This document shows, piece by piece, positions 16,390 to 25,918 of a stretch of 34,523 bases of DNA. How positions within the stretch are numbered: the stretch's first letter is position 1; every line of letters starts with the position of its first letter. The DNA comes from a virus (Duplodnaviria; Caudoviricetes): positions 1 to 34,523 of the IMG/VR virus record IMGVR_UViG_3300023293_000006; one strand, 5' to 3'. The position numbers were made by a program, and so were the translations under genes. Under the pieces are notes generated by a model. The model did no database searches. It saw only the letters and a program-made list of their open reading frames with translations, and was not told the origin of the DNA.

Positions 16390-19181
16390 CAGTCGAACTC
16401 CCGCAGATCAAAGGTCAGGATGCCGCGCTGGTCGCCGTTATCGGTCAGGAACACGGCGCCCTCGGCGTCCACCGGCACCAGGATATTAGGATCATCAGGC
16501 GACGGCCGCAGGCCCTCAATTGAGCGCTCCAGTGCTTGCGCCGTGAACATGCGGCCAGAGCGATCCACCACCATGCCCCGTGCAAGCTGTGTGAGCTGTT
16601 CTTCTGTGATGCCTCGAATTGCCCGGTTTACGCGGCGCTCGTCCCAGCCAGGAGGCAGGAGCGTGGCACCGTAGCGGGTTTCTGCCATCCCTCCGGTCCC
16701 GTCGGATTGCTCGCCCAAAGCCATGCGATAGCCCGCCTCCAGGTCGCCCGCCTCGATTGCCCGGCCCCCTTCTGCCATCGCCAGGCCGCGCGCATAGGCC
16801 AGCGCCGTGGTGTCCAGGTCGGCAATCCCCTCCGGTGCGATCATGTCTGCCTCTAGGAGAGGCGCAAGGATCGTCTCGCGCGCCGCTGCCAGATCGGTAG
16901 CCCCGCCACCTTCCAGCCGCGTATCCACAGCCCCGCGCAGGATTACGCCTGCCGCCTGCTGGTTGCCCATCGCATAGACTGCACCGGCCGCGTAGATCAC
17001 CGGCTCGGATTTACCGATCCGCGAGAATATCGCCATCGCCTGATCCTCACCCATATCTGCTACTGACCCCAAGAACGCGGCACGCTGGCTGCGCGAGCTG
17101 GTCTGGAACACCTCCGAGATGCCGTCCAGCTCTGCCTGTGTCAGCGGAACCGGATAATCGACGCCTTCCGGCCGAGTGTGGGGTGCGAGGAGATCGACGC
17201 GCTGGGCGATAATGCCGCCCACCTGCTCCATGTCCTGCGCGTCTGCGAGGCTGGGCAGCTCGACGCCAACCGACCGGGCAAAGCGTACGGGATCACTGGT
17301 GGCCATAGTCCGGCGATGCTCCGACCACGCGCCCAGGCGCTCTATTACGCGCTGCGTGGTCAATGCTGGAGCCCCGTAGCGTTCCCCCTGTGCCGCCAGG
17401 ACAGACAGCGATGCCCGAGCATCTTCCAGCACCGCGTCTCGTTCTGCCGCGCTCATGCCCCGCAGTGTCTCCACATCGCGGTGAAAAGCCTCGACCTCGT
17501 TGATCGCGTTCAGCACGTCCTGATTGCCAGCCGCCTGCGCCCGCAGCCCGTCGTAGTCCACGTCCTCGGCTCGTGCGCCGTTCATGGCCAGTTGCTCAAT
17601 CAGGGGCAGGCCGACCGTTTCAGCCGAAACCGCATCCTGCACTTGTTTGATCCGGTCTTGCAGGCTTTCTATGATCGCCGCCCCGCCCAGGTCCAGATCG
17701 CCCCGGTCGGCCGCGTCAGTCATGTCTCCCCTGACGCGCTCGACGTAGCGCATCAGCTCGTCGCCCGTCATGCCGTGCGTTGCCACCTGTGCATCAGCCA
17801 CCTGGAACTCAAGCTGCGCCTCGCGCTGGAGATCAGGGTAGGGAGAGAGCGCCAACATGATGCGCGCGCGCTCCTCTTGTGGGATCGCCACCGGCACGCC
17901 CGCCTCACCCATCGACACATAGGCGTTGATCGTATCCGTCATGCCTTGCTCAAGCCGACGGCGCTCGGCCTCGGCCGCAGTCCGGCGCGCGCTTTCGGTC
18001 GAGCGCGCCCGGCTTTCCATCGAACGCAGCATCTCCAGGCTGTCACCCGCAGGCAGCGGCGAGTTGCCAGAGAACACCTGCTGGCGAAACTCATCGACAT
18101 ATTGCCCAGGCGCGGCAGACCGCATGAAGTCGGCCTCGATCATCATGCGGCGCGCGCCCATTGTGATCTCTGCCATGTTAGAAGCGATAGCGTCCGGCGT
18201 CATGGAACCGGCGCGCGTTGGGTCTGCCGGATAAGTCCGGCCTGCAATCGTGAACTCCTCGCGCGGCCCGAACTGCGCCAGCGTGTCGGTCGCTTGGGCC
18301 ATGTGATCTGCCAGCTCCGCACCCGTCGCGCCGGTTAGCGCCAGCCGCTCGGCCTCGGATCGCGTTGTGGTCACGATCTGGCCAAGGGCCTCCTCTTGCC
18401 GTGCCATCACGCGCCGCTGGGAAAGCTCTACTGCCTGCCGCTCTGCTGCGATCCGGCCCCGGTCGAACTGCGATTGCAGCTCCGTTGCCAAGCCCGGCAT
18501 TTCCTGGGGAAGCTCGGACATAACTTGTGCCCGCACGTTCTCCATTTCCTCGCGCAGCTTGCCGATATCTCCATCTGCCCGCTGCATCGCAGCGCGCATC
18601 CCCTCCTCCAGCGCAGAGGTTGCACGGGCAGTAATCACCCGATCCGCTGCACGGTTGAACGCCGCATCGCGCACCGTGAACGGAAGTCTTGGCTCGAATG
18701 TCGAGCTGTTCAGCGTTTCCAGCTCATATTCCGGCGTGCCCGGCACGCTGACAGTGATCCCCTCGCGCCCAGCGCGAGCTTCTGCCTTGCTTATCCAGAG
18801 GTTTGCAAAGTCCTGCGCCGACATTGTGTCAGGATTGCCCCCGTTAAGACGAACCGCATCACGGCCGACCACCGACGAAGCCAAGCGTGGGCCCGCCGTC
18901 AGGAGGTTGATCGCGCCCTGTGCGCCCATGGTGACGGAGGTATCCTGGCCACGAAGCTGCCGGAGGCCCCATTGAGGCCCGCGCTCGTCAACTGCCGCTA
19001 AAGCCTCCTGCTCGCCCCGTGCGGTCTGCACTTGCTCGACGGCGGGGCGGATGAATTTGTTTGCCGATCCAAGGATATCCTGGAACGCTGCGAAGGTCTG
19101 TTCGCGCCCGCGACCAAGCTCCGCGCGAGGGGAAACCTGGGGCGTGACAAGGGCAGGGCCGTAGCGGCGAATTGATGGCAT
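16389..19181 (-). CDS. Internal virion (ejection) protein with a vestigial lytic transglycosylase segment
   Basis: 930 aa, helical; position equivalent to T7 gp15; GAQGAINLL...DAVRLNGGN...FANLW fragment. Confidence 0.7.
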   Translation of the reverse strand: MPSIRRYGPALVTPQVSPRAELGRGREQTFAAFQDILGSANKFIRPAVEQVQTARGEQEALAAVDERGPQWGLRQLRGQDTSVTMGAQGAINLLTAGPRLASSVVGRDAVRLNGGNPDTMSAQDFANLWISKAEARAGREGITVSVPGTPEYELETLNSSTFEPRLPFTVRDAAFNRAADRVITARATSALEEGMRAAMQRADGDIGKLREEMENVRAQVMSELPQEMPGLATELQSQFDRGRIAAERQAVELSQRRVMARQEEALGQIVTTTRSEAERLALTGATGAELADHMAQATDTLAQFGPREEFTIAGRTYPADPTRAGSMTPDAIASNMAEITMGARRMMIEADFMRSAAPGQYVDEFRQQVFSGNSPLPAGDSLEMLRSMESRARSTESARRTAAEAERRRLEQGMTDTINAYVSMGEAGVPVAIPQEERARIMLALSPYPDLQREAQLEFQVADAQVATHGMTGDELMRYVERVRGDMTDAADRGDLDLGGAAIIESLQDRIKQVQDAVSAETVGLPLIEQLAMNGARAEDVDYDGLRAQAAGNQDVLNAINEVEAFHRDVETLRGMSAAERDAVLEDARASLSVLAAQGERYGAPALTTQRVIERLGAWSEHRRTMATSDPVRFARSVGVELPSLADAQDMEQVGGIIAQRVDLLAPHTRPEGVDYPVPLTQAELDGISEVFQTSSRSQRAAFLGSVADMGEDQAMAIFSRIGKSEPVIYAAGAVYAMGNQQAAGVILRGAVDTRLEGGGATDLAAARETILAPLLEADMIAPEGIADLDTTALAYARGLAMAEGGRAIEAGDLEAGYRMALGEQSDGTGGMAETRYGATLLPPGWDERRVNRAIRGITEEQLTQLARGMVVDRSGRMFTAQALERSIEGLRPSPDDPNILVPVDAEGAVFLTDNGDQRGILTFDLREFD

Positions 19182-19184
19182 GGT

Positions 19185-19739
19185 TTACCCCGTCAGTTGA
19201 AACGCATCGACGCCGATCTGTGCCGCGCGACCGAAGCCGCCCAACATTGAGGATCGCGCCTCGGACATGAGGCCCCGCGCACGAAGGCGGGACATTGCGG
19301 CGCGGTTGTCCGCGTTGCTCCTGGTCACGTCCAGGTTCCGCTCGGCCAGGCGCTTCGTGCTTTCGGCCACGTTCACCGGCGTGCCCACGCCAATGTCGAG
19401 CCCGTTGGCAAGCTGGATCACTTTTTGCTCGCCGGTCAGCTCTGCATACTCACGCGCCAGATCACGCGCTTGGGCAGCGCCTTGGGCTTGCTCTTGCAGT
19501 CCTTGCGCCGTGGCGAACGCGGCCTGGTCCTTTGCGGCCCGGCTTGCAGCCACGCCCTGCCCGATTGCAGCCAAGGCAGAGCCTGCGCTCAACACTTGGG
19601 ACAGCGTGACGACACCAGAACCTGCCGCAGCGGCACCAGCTCCTGCCGCTGCACCAGCGCCAGCCCCCGCAGACATTGTGCCGACGGAGGCCGCAGCGCT
19701 GGATACTGCCGTTCCGATTGCCATGAAAACTGTTGCCAT
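19185..19739 (-). CDS. Small internal virion protein (T7 gp14-like position)
   Basis: Ala/Gly-rich hydrophobic N-terminus, NGLDIGVGTP motif; directly follows tail tube B. Confidence 0.7.
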   Translation of the reverse strand: MATVFMAIGTAVSSAAASVGTMSAGAGAGAAAGAGAAAAGSGVVTLSQVLSAGSALAAIGQGVAASRAAKDQAAFATAQGLQEQAQGAAQARDLAREYAELTGEQKVIQLANGLDIGVGTPVNVAESTKRLAERNLDVTRSNADNRAAMSRLRARGLMSEARSSMLGGFGRAAQIGVDAFQLTG

Positions 19740-19749
19740 GCCCGCCTCC

Positions 19750-22700
19750 TTAAAACCGGATATCGTAGGTTATCGACCGCAGAAGGAATGGCATAGGCTC
19801 GATCTGCGTGATTTCCACTGTCGGCTCCTTCTGCCAGCGCCCGAGCCCGCCGATCCGCTTTGGTCCCGTGAATAGCACCTCCTCCAGCGTTGGGTCCATC
19901 AGTCCGCTTTCGTAATTCTGGAGCGATACCTGCCGCGCCCGCCCGCCGTCGTGTCCTGTGATCGCCACCGCGCCCGTGCGTTCGAGCTGGAGAAGCGCGC
20001 GGAAGATACGCATGTTCTGCATGGTCGGAGAAAGCTCGCCCCGGCCCTTGTAGGGGTGCAGCACGATCCTCGGAACCTGCTTGAGCCCGACCTCGGCCGA
20101 GGTGGCAAAGGACGCCGCGCCCAGGTCGATTGAGCCCGAGGACACCGTGAACGCGCCAAGCGGCAGGCCGTCACCATGCACCTCGACCACCTGCCCCTCA
20201 AGCCACGGATAAGGCGACACGTCGATGGTCGCGCCAGCGCCCGAGATCGAGACGCTACAATCAGACATGAACGCATCATCGAACTGCTCAAGGAAGTGCC
20301 ACGTTGCGCCGGTCAGATCGCGCTCGACCATTGCGAAGGCGTCACCGGCCTGCGTCGAGGAAAACTCCAGAGGCGTGCCTTGCGTCTTGACGCGGAAAAA
20401 GCCCGTCACCTGCTGCGCGCGGTCAATCACAACCATGGCGGCTGGCACCTGGTTGCCGTTCCGGTCAGTCCCGGTGTTGGCAACCAAAAGGATAGTCGGC
20501 TCGTCCACGTCGCGCGCCCGGCGCAGCACCAAGGATCGCGGCGACGACATGAGGTGCCCGGCCAAGAGCGACACCGGCTCTGCCGAATAGCTCTGCTCGG
20601 TGTCGGTGAACAGATACTCGCGCAGCGCTCGACCGTTGCGATCCACGAACAGCGTGCCACCCTGCACGTCCACCGGCTTTACGTTTGCGCTGGAGCCATG
20701 GCGGCTCGTGACCTTGAGTGCGATATTGTCGATGGTGATTGGCTCGTCGGGCACATAAAGCTCGGCCGAGCTGGTGAATACTTGCAGGTGCCGTCCAGGG
20801 TAAATGTTCTGGATTGTCACCTGGTCGTCAATGTTCGGTGCGACCACAATCGGAGACGCTGCCACCGGGTCTGCATCCTCCTTGAAGTCGAACAGCGCGC
20901 CCGCCCGGCTGGCCACAATCACATCAGATCGAGCCTTGAAGCCGCCCATCCAATGCCGTCCCTGATAGAACGTGCCGCAGCTCGGATAGCCGCGCGTGGC
21001 GCTCCATAGCGCGTCAAAGTCTTTCTTGCCGAACTGCTTGCGGGACAGCACCACCGTGCCGTCGCCGGTCAAAATGTCGATCACCAGGATCGGCCACGAT
21101 ATCTTGCCATCCTTGCCGGTGAATTCGACCTCAAGCTCTGCGTTCGCGTCCGATCCCTCGTTGATCCGCACGGTCACGGAGGTGATATCTGGCAGGCTTT
21201 CGATTGCCGTCTCCAGGTTCGCGGCGTTGGTCGAGGCCGTTGTTGTCCAGGTGATCTCGTCGCTGGTGGTGCCGTTGTATTCCACCAGGAGCTTGTGCCC
21301 ATTCGCCATGTCATCAAAGCGCAAGAACTGGATTTCGTTCTCGCCCCCGCCGGTGTCCTCGTCGTCAAAGGAAAACTCGGTTATGGTGTCAAACTCCAGA
21401 GGGCTTGACCGCCAGTCCTGGTCGCCACCAAGGCGCTGCACGATGTAAGGCGGCTGGTCCTGGTGGTAGAGGATCAGGGTGTCGAGGTTCGGCGCGGCCT
21501 TGATCGAGGCCACCTGCGCGGCGGTGTGCGGGATCGGTGTTGCCGCCATCCATGCGCCGCTCAATCCGTCGAACACGTCGCAGCACCCCCCGATCATTAC
21601 CAGGACATACTCGTCCTCTATGCTTGCCGTCAGGCGGTGCATGGAGAACGCCTCGACCGTGCCGCCAGAGCTGTAGCCTGCCTCGATCTGCATTTCCACG
21701 CCGGACAGCTCGACTGTGGCACCCTTGAGATCGAGCGCCGCAGCATTGTCTACGATCACACGCCAATAGCGCGCCGTTCCCAAGAGCGTGTCAGGAGCTG
21801 CGCCGAAACGTCGATCATAAGCGATATTGCCAACGGAGATGGATGCCACATCTGACCAAGTAGAGCCGTCCGAGCTGGTCTGGAGCGTGAGATTTGCCGT
21901 TGAGATACCGGCCGGGAAGCTGACGATCCGAAGATCGCGCGTATCAAACAAAGACACCGCCTCCTCGCTGCCCAAGTCCAGCCTAGCGATCTCGTATTCC
22001 GTCGCTGTGCCCACGCCTTTGGTGGCTGTCCCGCCGGAACTGTAGGCTCCAAGCGCCGAGCTGTCGAAACCGTCAAGCTCGAAGGTGTTGGCGGTCAGAA
22101 CCGTGATTGCGCCTTGGTGCCCATTGACCGAGCTGGCGAGTATTTCCTCGGCCGAGCCGCCGGTTGAATATGCGGTGAACCCGCTACTATCGGTCCCATT
22201 GAGAGAAAAGCTGTCCACGCTGATTACTGTGATCGTGTAGGTGTCGTTGTTCAACTCCGTCATACCGGAGACGCCGGTGATCTCGATCTTGTCTCCAGTC
22301 GAAAACCCATGCGCCGCAGCGGTGATAAGGCACGGATTTGCCTGCGTGGCGTTGGAGATCGACGCCGTTGATCCGCTGGGCGATCCCATGCCCTCGATCC
22401 CCTCGATCCGTACGCTGTCGCCTGTGGTGTAGCCGTGGCCCGTGGCCGTCACCACCGCGGGGTTGGCATTGCTCACGCCCGAGATCGTCGCATCCGATCC
22501 AGTCTCCAGGAGCGTGTTGCGGTCGCCGTCGGTCAGATTACCAGGCGTTCCGCCGTTCACGGCCGTGACAGTTGCGCCGCCTAGACTGATCGAGGAGATC
22601 GGGCCGCGCTGGAGTGCGCGAAACCGCCAGCCCTCGCGCCGCTTTGCCCCGCCTTGGGGCAGAGGCACCGCGTTCTCAATGATGCGCGCCGAGTTGTAGA

Positions 22701-22785
22701 AAAACGCCACATCTTCGCGGCTCCAGAGAAGCGGATCGAACTCACCGGCCGAAAGGCTTGTCTGCACATGGCGGCTGGTTGGCAT
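19750..22785 (-). CDS. Tail tubular protein B (nozzle) with inserted accessory domains
   Basis: N-terminal QTSLSAGEFDP...N..P.PQGGAKRREG and WS..RGYPS..TFYQGR motifs; TAATG overlap gives a start at 22785. Confidence 0.85.
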   Translation of the reverse strand: MPTSRHVQTSLSAGEFDPLLWSREDVAFFYNSARIIENAVPLPQGGAKRREGWRFRALQRGPISSISLGGATVTAVNGGTPGNLTDGDRNTLLETGSDATISGVSNANPAVVTATGHGYTTGDSVRIEGIEGMGSPSGSTASISNATQANPCLITAAAHGFSTGDKIEITGVSGMTELNNDTYTITVISVDSFSLNGTDSSGFTAYSTGGSAEEILASSVNGHQGAITVLTANTFELDGFDSSALGAYSSGGTATKGVGTATEYEIARLDLGSEEAVSLFDTRDLRIVSFPAGISTANLTLQTSSDGSTWSDVASISVGNIAYDRRFGAAPDTLLGTARYWRVIVDNAAALDLKGATVELSGVEMQIEAGYSSGGTVEAFSMHRLTASIEDEYVLVMIGGCCDVFDGLSGAWMAATPIPHTAAQVASIKAAPNLDTLILYHQDQPPYIVQRLGGDQDWRSSPLEFDTITEFSFDDEDTGGGENEIQFLRFDDMANGHKLLVEYNGTTSDEITWTTTASTNAANLETAIESLPDITSVTVRINEGSDANAELEVEFTGKDGKISWPILVIDILTGDGTVVLSRKQFGKKDFDALWSATRGYPSCGTFYQGRHWMGGFKARSDVIVASRAGALFDFKEDADPVAASPIVVAPNIDDQVTIQNIYPGRHLQVFTSSAELYVPDEPITIDNIALKVTSRHGSSANVKPVDVQGGTLFVDRNGRALREYLFTDTEQSYSAEPVSLLAGHLMSSPRSLVLRRARDVDEPTILLVANTGTDRNGNQVPAAMVVIDRAQQVTGFFRVKTQGTPLEFSSTQAGDAFAMVERDLTGATWHFLEQFDDAFMSDCSVSISGAGATIDVSPYPWLEGQVVEVHGDGLPLGAFTVSSGSIDLGAASFATSAEVGLKQVPRIVLHPYKGRGELSPTMQNMRIFRALLQLERTGAVAITGHDGGRARQVSLQNYESGLMDPTLEEVLFTGPKRIGGLGRWQKEPTVEITQIEPMPFLLRSITYDIRF

Positions 22786-23423
22786 TAGAAAACACCCCCA
22801 AAGCGGGCGTTCCAGATCGGATCGTGATCGTCCAGGAGTGATCTGGTCGGATCGCCGGTTGCGTCGGCCTCGGTGGCAGTGCGGAATAGCCCGCCCCGGC
22901 CAAACTCGCTTGGGTTGCCGTATGCAATCTGGCGGTGCAGTTGTTCCTTGCTCGCGTTTTCCGTGACTGGCAGCGCCAGGGTTGCCGCGACGGCCTCGAT
23001 TGCGAGCGTGTGGAAATAGCCAGGCCATTGGCTTTCCGGCACGCGCCAAATGTATTCGATCACCACCTGGTCATAGTCACAGAACAGCCAGCGCTCTTGA
23101 ATTTCGTAGAGGAACACATTGGCCGCGCGCTGCCTGGTGGTGTTGAACACGGACAGCGGCTTGCCCACGCGATCCGTGCGCAGCGTCGGCATGAGGAAAG
23201 CCCGCTTCCATTCGTTGATCGGAGTGCCAGCCGCATCCTCGGCCAGCACCTTGCGCCGCGTAGCAAAGCTCCAGTCATGCGAGCCAAGAAGTTGCAGGAT
23301 GGTCGGCTCGTAGAGCTGGTTCACCTTCTCGGCTGTATCGCTGTCCTCCTCAAACGAGGAGATCGCCGGTTCGCCCAGGCGAGCCAGTGCTTGCGATGCA
23401 ACGTCCACTCTGCTGTCGGTCAT
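22785..23423 (-). CDS. Tail tubular protein A (adaptor/gatekeeper)
   Basis: ASQALARLGE..ISSF and HDWSFATRR motifs; synteny. Confidence 0.85.
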   Translation of the reverse strand: MTDSRVDVASQALARLGEPAISSFEEDSDTAEKVNQLYEPTILQLLGSHDWSFATRRKVLAEDAAGTPINEWKRAFLMPTLRTDRVGKPLSVFNTTRQRAANVFLYEIQERWLFCDYDQVVIEYIWRVPESQWPGYFHTLAIEAVAATLALPVTENASKEQLHRQIAYGNPSEFGRGGLFRTATEADATGDPTRSLLDDHDPIWNARFGGVF

Positions 23424-23434
23424 GTAAGCCCCCT

Positions 23435-23469
23435 AAGAAAATGGGCCGAGGCCATGACAGCCCCGGCCC
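23435..23469 (-). terminator. Intrinsic terminator after the capsid/decoration genes
   Basis: On the minus strand, the hairpin GGGCCGGGGC-TGTCATG-GCCTCGGCCC is followed by ATTTTCTT. Confidence 0.6.
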
Positions 23470-23495
23470 GCCCCTCGCATCCACACCCCAGCGGA

Positions 23496-23747
23496 TTAGG
23501 CGAAGGCGTCGATTGCCGCGATGGTCACGACACCGGCACCGCTGATGGCCGAGACGTGTGCATCGAAGTCGGCGTCCGATCCGTGGATCAAGATACGATC
23601 CCCGATGCGCAAAAGGCCAGCGGCCGAGTTGAAATAGCCAGCGCCCTTGATGGCGGCTTTGGCGTCGGTCCCGGCATTGTAGCTCCAGATTTTCACGCCA
23701 CCGCCGGAGCCGCTGTGGTTCTCCAGTCCTTGCAGGTTGAAAGCCAT
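23496..23747 (-). CDS. Putative capsid decoration/cement protein
   Basis: 83 aa directly after the capsid gene; AGYFN...LRIGDRI; GGAG SD. Confidence 0.6.
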   Translation of the reverse strand: MAFNLQGLENHSGSGGGVKIWSYNAGTDAKAAIKGAGYFNSAAGLLRIGDRILIHGSDADFDAHVSAISGAGVVTIAAIDAFA

Positions 23748-23809
23748 GATGGTTCTCCAGTTTTGATTTCAAAAGAAGGCGAGCATCATGCCCGCCCCCC
23801 TGGTGGCGC

Positions 23810-24658
23810 TTATGCGCCGTCCTCGTCGCAGGTGATCTCGACCACGCCACCGGCGTCAATCTCAATCGAACCGGCCGAGAACAGCATGTTTGCAAGCCAG
23901 CTTGTCTTGGTCGGAATGTAGTTGACCTCCATCCGCTGATCCATGCCGATGGCGTGGCCGATGGCCGACTTCGCATAGGCAAAGGTGGTTCGGTCGCCGC
24001 CGGTCAGGTCAAGACCGCCCTCTGCACGGCTTGCGATCCACTTGAACGACATGCCCAGGAAGCTGGAGATATCGCCATTCACCAAGGCGCGCACCGTGTT
24101 GAAGTCTGCACTGGTCGCCTCGGTTTCACCCAAAAGACCCTCGCGGCCGACATAGGAGCCGACATAGGTGATGTTTTCATCCTCACCCACACCACCGTCG
24201 CCCAGAAGGCGCGAGGCGCGGCGCAGCTTGTCCACGTTGAGGTTGGTGCTTGCCCCGCCGATGGAGCTTGCCACGGTCAGAGTGGTTGCAGTCGCTTCCA
24301 GCGCGTCGATGATAAGCTGATCCTCGCGGCGGCTGATTGCCTTGGCGATGGAACCGGCCAGCTCCTCGCGCTCGGAGATGTTGGTTTTCGCATCATCGAA
24401 CACGTCGGTGTATTCGGCAGCGTTCCAATCTTCGAGCGTGGCCGTCGCGTTGGTGTGCGCCAGTTTCATCGGCACAACGTCGGTCTGCTTGACGCGACGG
24501 GTTGCCAGGCCAGCGGCCAGTTTCGGGAAGCGGTGGGTCGAACCCACGACGCCAGTTTTCACGCGCGTGGTGTCGCGCAGCTTACCCATATCCTGATAGG
24601 CGTGCTTCACATCAGCGTCAAAGCTGGCGATTGCTGCGGTAGAGAGAGAGGTGGACAT
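23810..24658 (-). CDS. Major capsid protein
   Basis: FDADVKHAYQ and AISRREDQLIIDAL motifs; follows the scaffold gene; AAGGAG SD. Confidence 0.85.
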   Translation of the reverse strand: MSTSLSTAAIASFDADVKHAYQDMGKLRDTTRVKTGVVGSTHRFPKLAAGLATRRVKQTDVVPMKLAHTNATATLEDWNAAEYTDVFDDAKTNISEREELAGSIAKAISRREDQLIIDALEATATTLTVASSIGGASTNLNVDKLRRASRLLGDGGVGEDENITYVGSYVGREGLLGETEATSADFNTVRALVNGDISSFLGMSFKWIASRAEGGLDLTGGDRTTFAYAKSAIGHAIGMDQRMEVNYIPTKTSWLANMLFSAGSIEIDAGGVVEITCDEDGA

Positions 24659-24766
24659 TGTGTCACTCCTTCAAGGTTTCAATCGGGGGAGATCGAGGGC
24701 CTTGAGGGTCACGGGCCTGTCGCAAAAGCCGGGTGCCGTTCCTCGCGGGTCTGCATCTTGTGGTGC

Positions 24767-24795
24767 AATATGCCACCAGAGGGACGATCTGGCAA
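24767..24795 (-). promoter_or_regulatory. Putative capsid-gene promoter
   Basis: Minus strand TTGCCA, 17-nt spacer, CATATT, immediately after a terminator. Confidence 0.5.
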
Positions 24796-24803
24796 GCGCG
24801 CAT

Positions 24804-24842
24804 AAAAAAACGCCCCGGCGGAAAGAGGTTGCCGGGGCGTTT
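24804..24842 (-). terminator. Intrinsic terminator between scaffold and capsid
   Basis: AAACGCCCCGGC, 11-nt loop, GCCGGGGCG followed by a T7 run on the minus strand. Confidence 0.8.
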
Positions 24843-24882
24843 AGGTCAGGGAGGTTTCACACAGAGCTTGCGCCCTGTGATC

Positions 24883-25878
24883 CTATAGCACGCCAGACTT
24901 GATCGAGCCAGTGGGTTGCGGCGAGTTGCCAAATGCCTTCTGCATCAGGCGTTGAGCTTCTGCCATTGCTCCGTCCTTTTCAGAACCGGCTGGCATCCGG
25001 CTTGCGGCCGCGTGTTTGGCGTATGCCTCTTGCGGCGTCACCGATCCATCTGCTCCGTCTGCCATCGGGATCGGCTTCTCGCCCATCTCGCCGGTCAGGA
25101 TGCGGTGGAAGATGCGTGCCGCCCGGCCAGTCCCGACCATTTGGGAAAACTCCGCCACGTCCGCATCGTCTTTCAGCACGCCGCGCTGCACCAGTTTTTC
25201 GGCATAGGTGCCGATGGTGTTGACGATGGTGCTGGCTTCCTTCTGGCCAACCTCTTTGACCAGCGATTGCATCTCATTCTCGCCGCTGATCTTCTGCGCC
25301 TCTTCATTCGAGACACCCATCGGCATCCCGCTTTCGGCAATGCCTCCCAGGCCATCACGCATAAGCTGGGTGAAAGCCTTGTCAGGGATACCGAGCTTGT
25401 GCGCCGCTTTTCGGAAGGCATCGACATAGGGCTTGGAGGCTTCGCTGTTCAACTCGGCCGCGATCTTGTCGTCTTTGCCATCTGCATCGAACACATATCC
25501 GTCAGGCTTCTCGGGAACGGAGCCTTCCAGCTTGCCCTCGCCTTTGCCCTTCTGGGACAGCTCACGCCGCGCGCCCTGGTAAGCCTTCGTTACTTTCGCC
25601 AGCGTGTCGTCAGCCGACGAACCCACGAGATGATCCGGTAGCTCCATCCCTTCCGGCATCTTCCAGGCATCGCCGTCTTTCGACTTGCCCTTGCTGGCAA
25701 AGTCCAGGATCGAGGAGCCGCCCTGTTCCGATCCAGCTCCTTCGCCATCTCCACCTTCGCCGCCAGCGCCTTCGCCCTGGTCGCCGCTGTCACCGTCTCC
25801 GTCGCCTTCGCCCGAACCACTCTTGCCTTCATCGGCTGGGCTCCAAACGGGGGCGTGATACTGCCAGAATTTCCACAT
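24883..25878 (-). CDS. Capsid assembly scaffolding protein
   Basis: Acidic Gly-rich N-terminus, PEKPDGY motif; lies between portal and capsid. Confidence 0.75.
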   Translation of the reverse strand: MWKFWQYHAPVWSPADEGKSGSGEGDGDGDSGDQGEGAGGEGGDGEGAGSEQGGSSILDFASKGKSKDGDAWKMPEGMELPDHLVGSSADDTLAKVTKAYQGARRELSQKGKGEGKLEGSVPEKPDGYVFDADGKDDKIAAELNSEASKPYVDAFRKAAHKLGIPDKAFTQLMRDGLGGIAESGMPMGVSNEEAQKISGENEMQSLVKEVGQKEASTIVNTIGTYAEKLVQRGVLKDDADVAEFSQMVGTGRAARIFHRILTGEMGEKPIPMADGADGSVTPQEAYAKHAAASRMPAGSEKDGAMAEAQRLMQKAFGNSPQPTGSIKSGVL

Positions 25879-25918
25879 GCACGTCGTCTCCTTGTTCGCT
25901 GGGGTGTGGGTTTTCGTG

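Noticed and set aside
22786-23049. N-terminal extension of tail tube B in the ORF track
   Set aside because: It overlaps tail tube A; the conserved N-terminus and TAATG coupling place the start at 22785.
23350-23982. T7 gp10B-like capsid frameshift extension
   Set aside because: No clear slippery site, the alternative frame looks non-coding, and the decoration-gene frame is closed by an upstream TGA.
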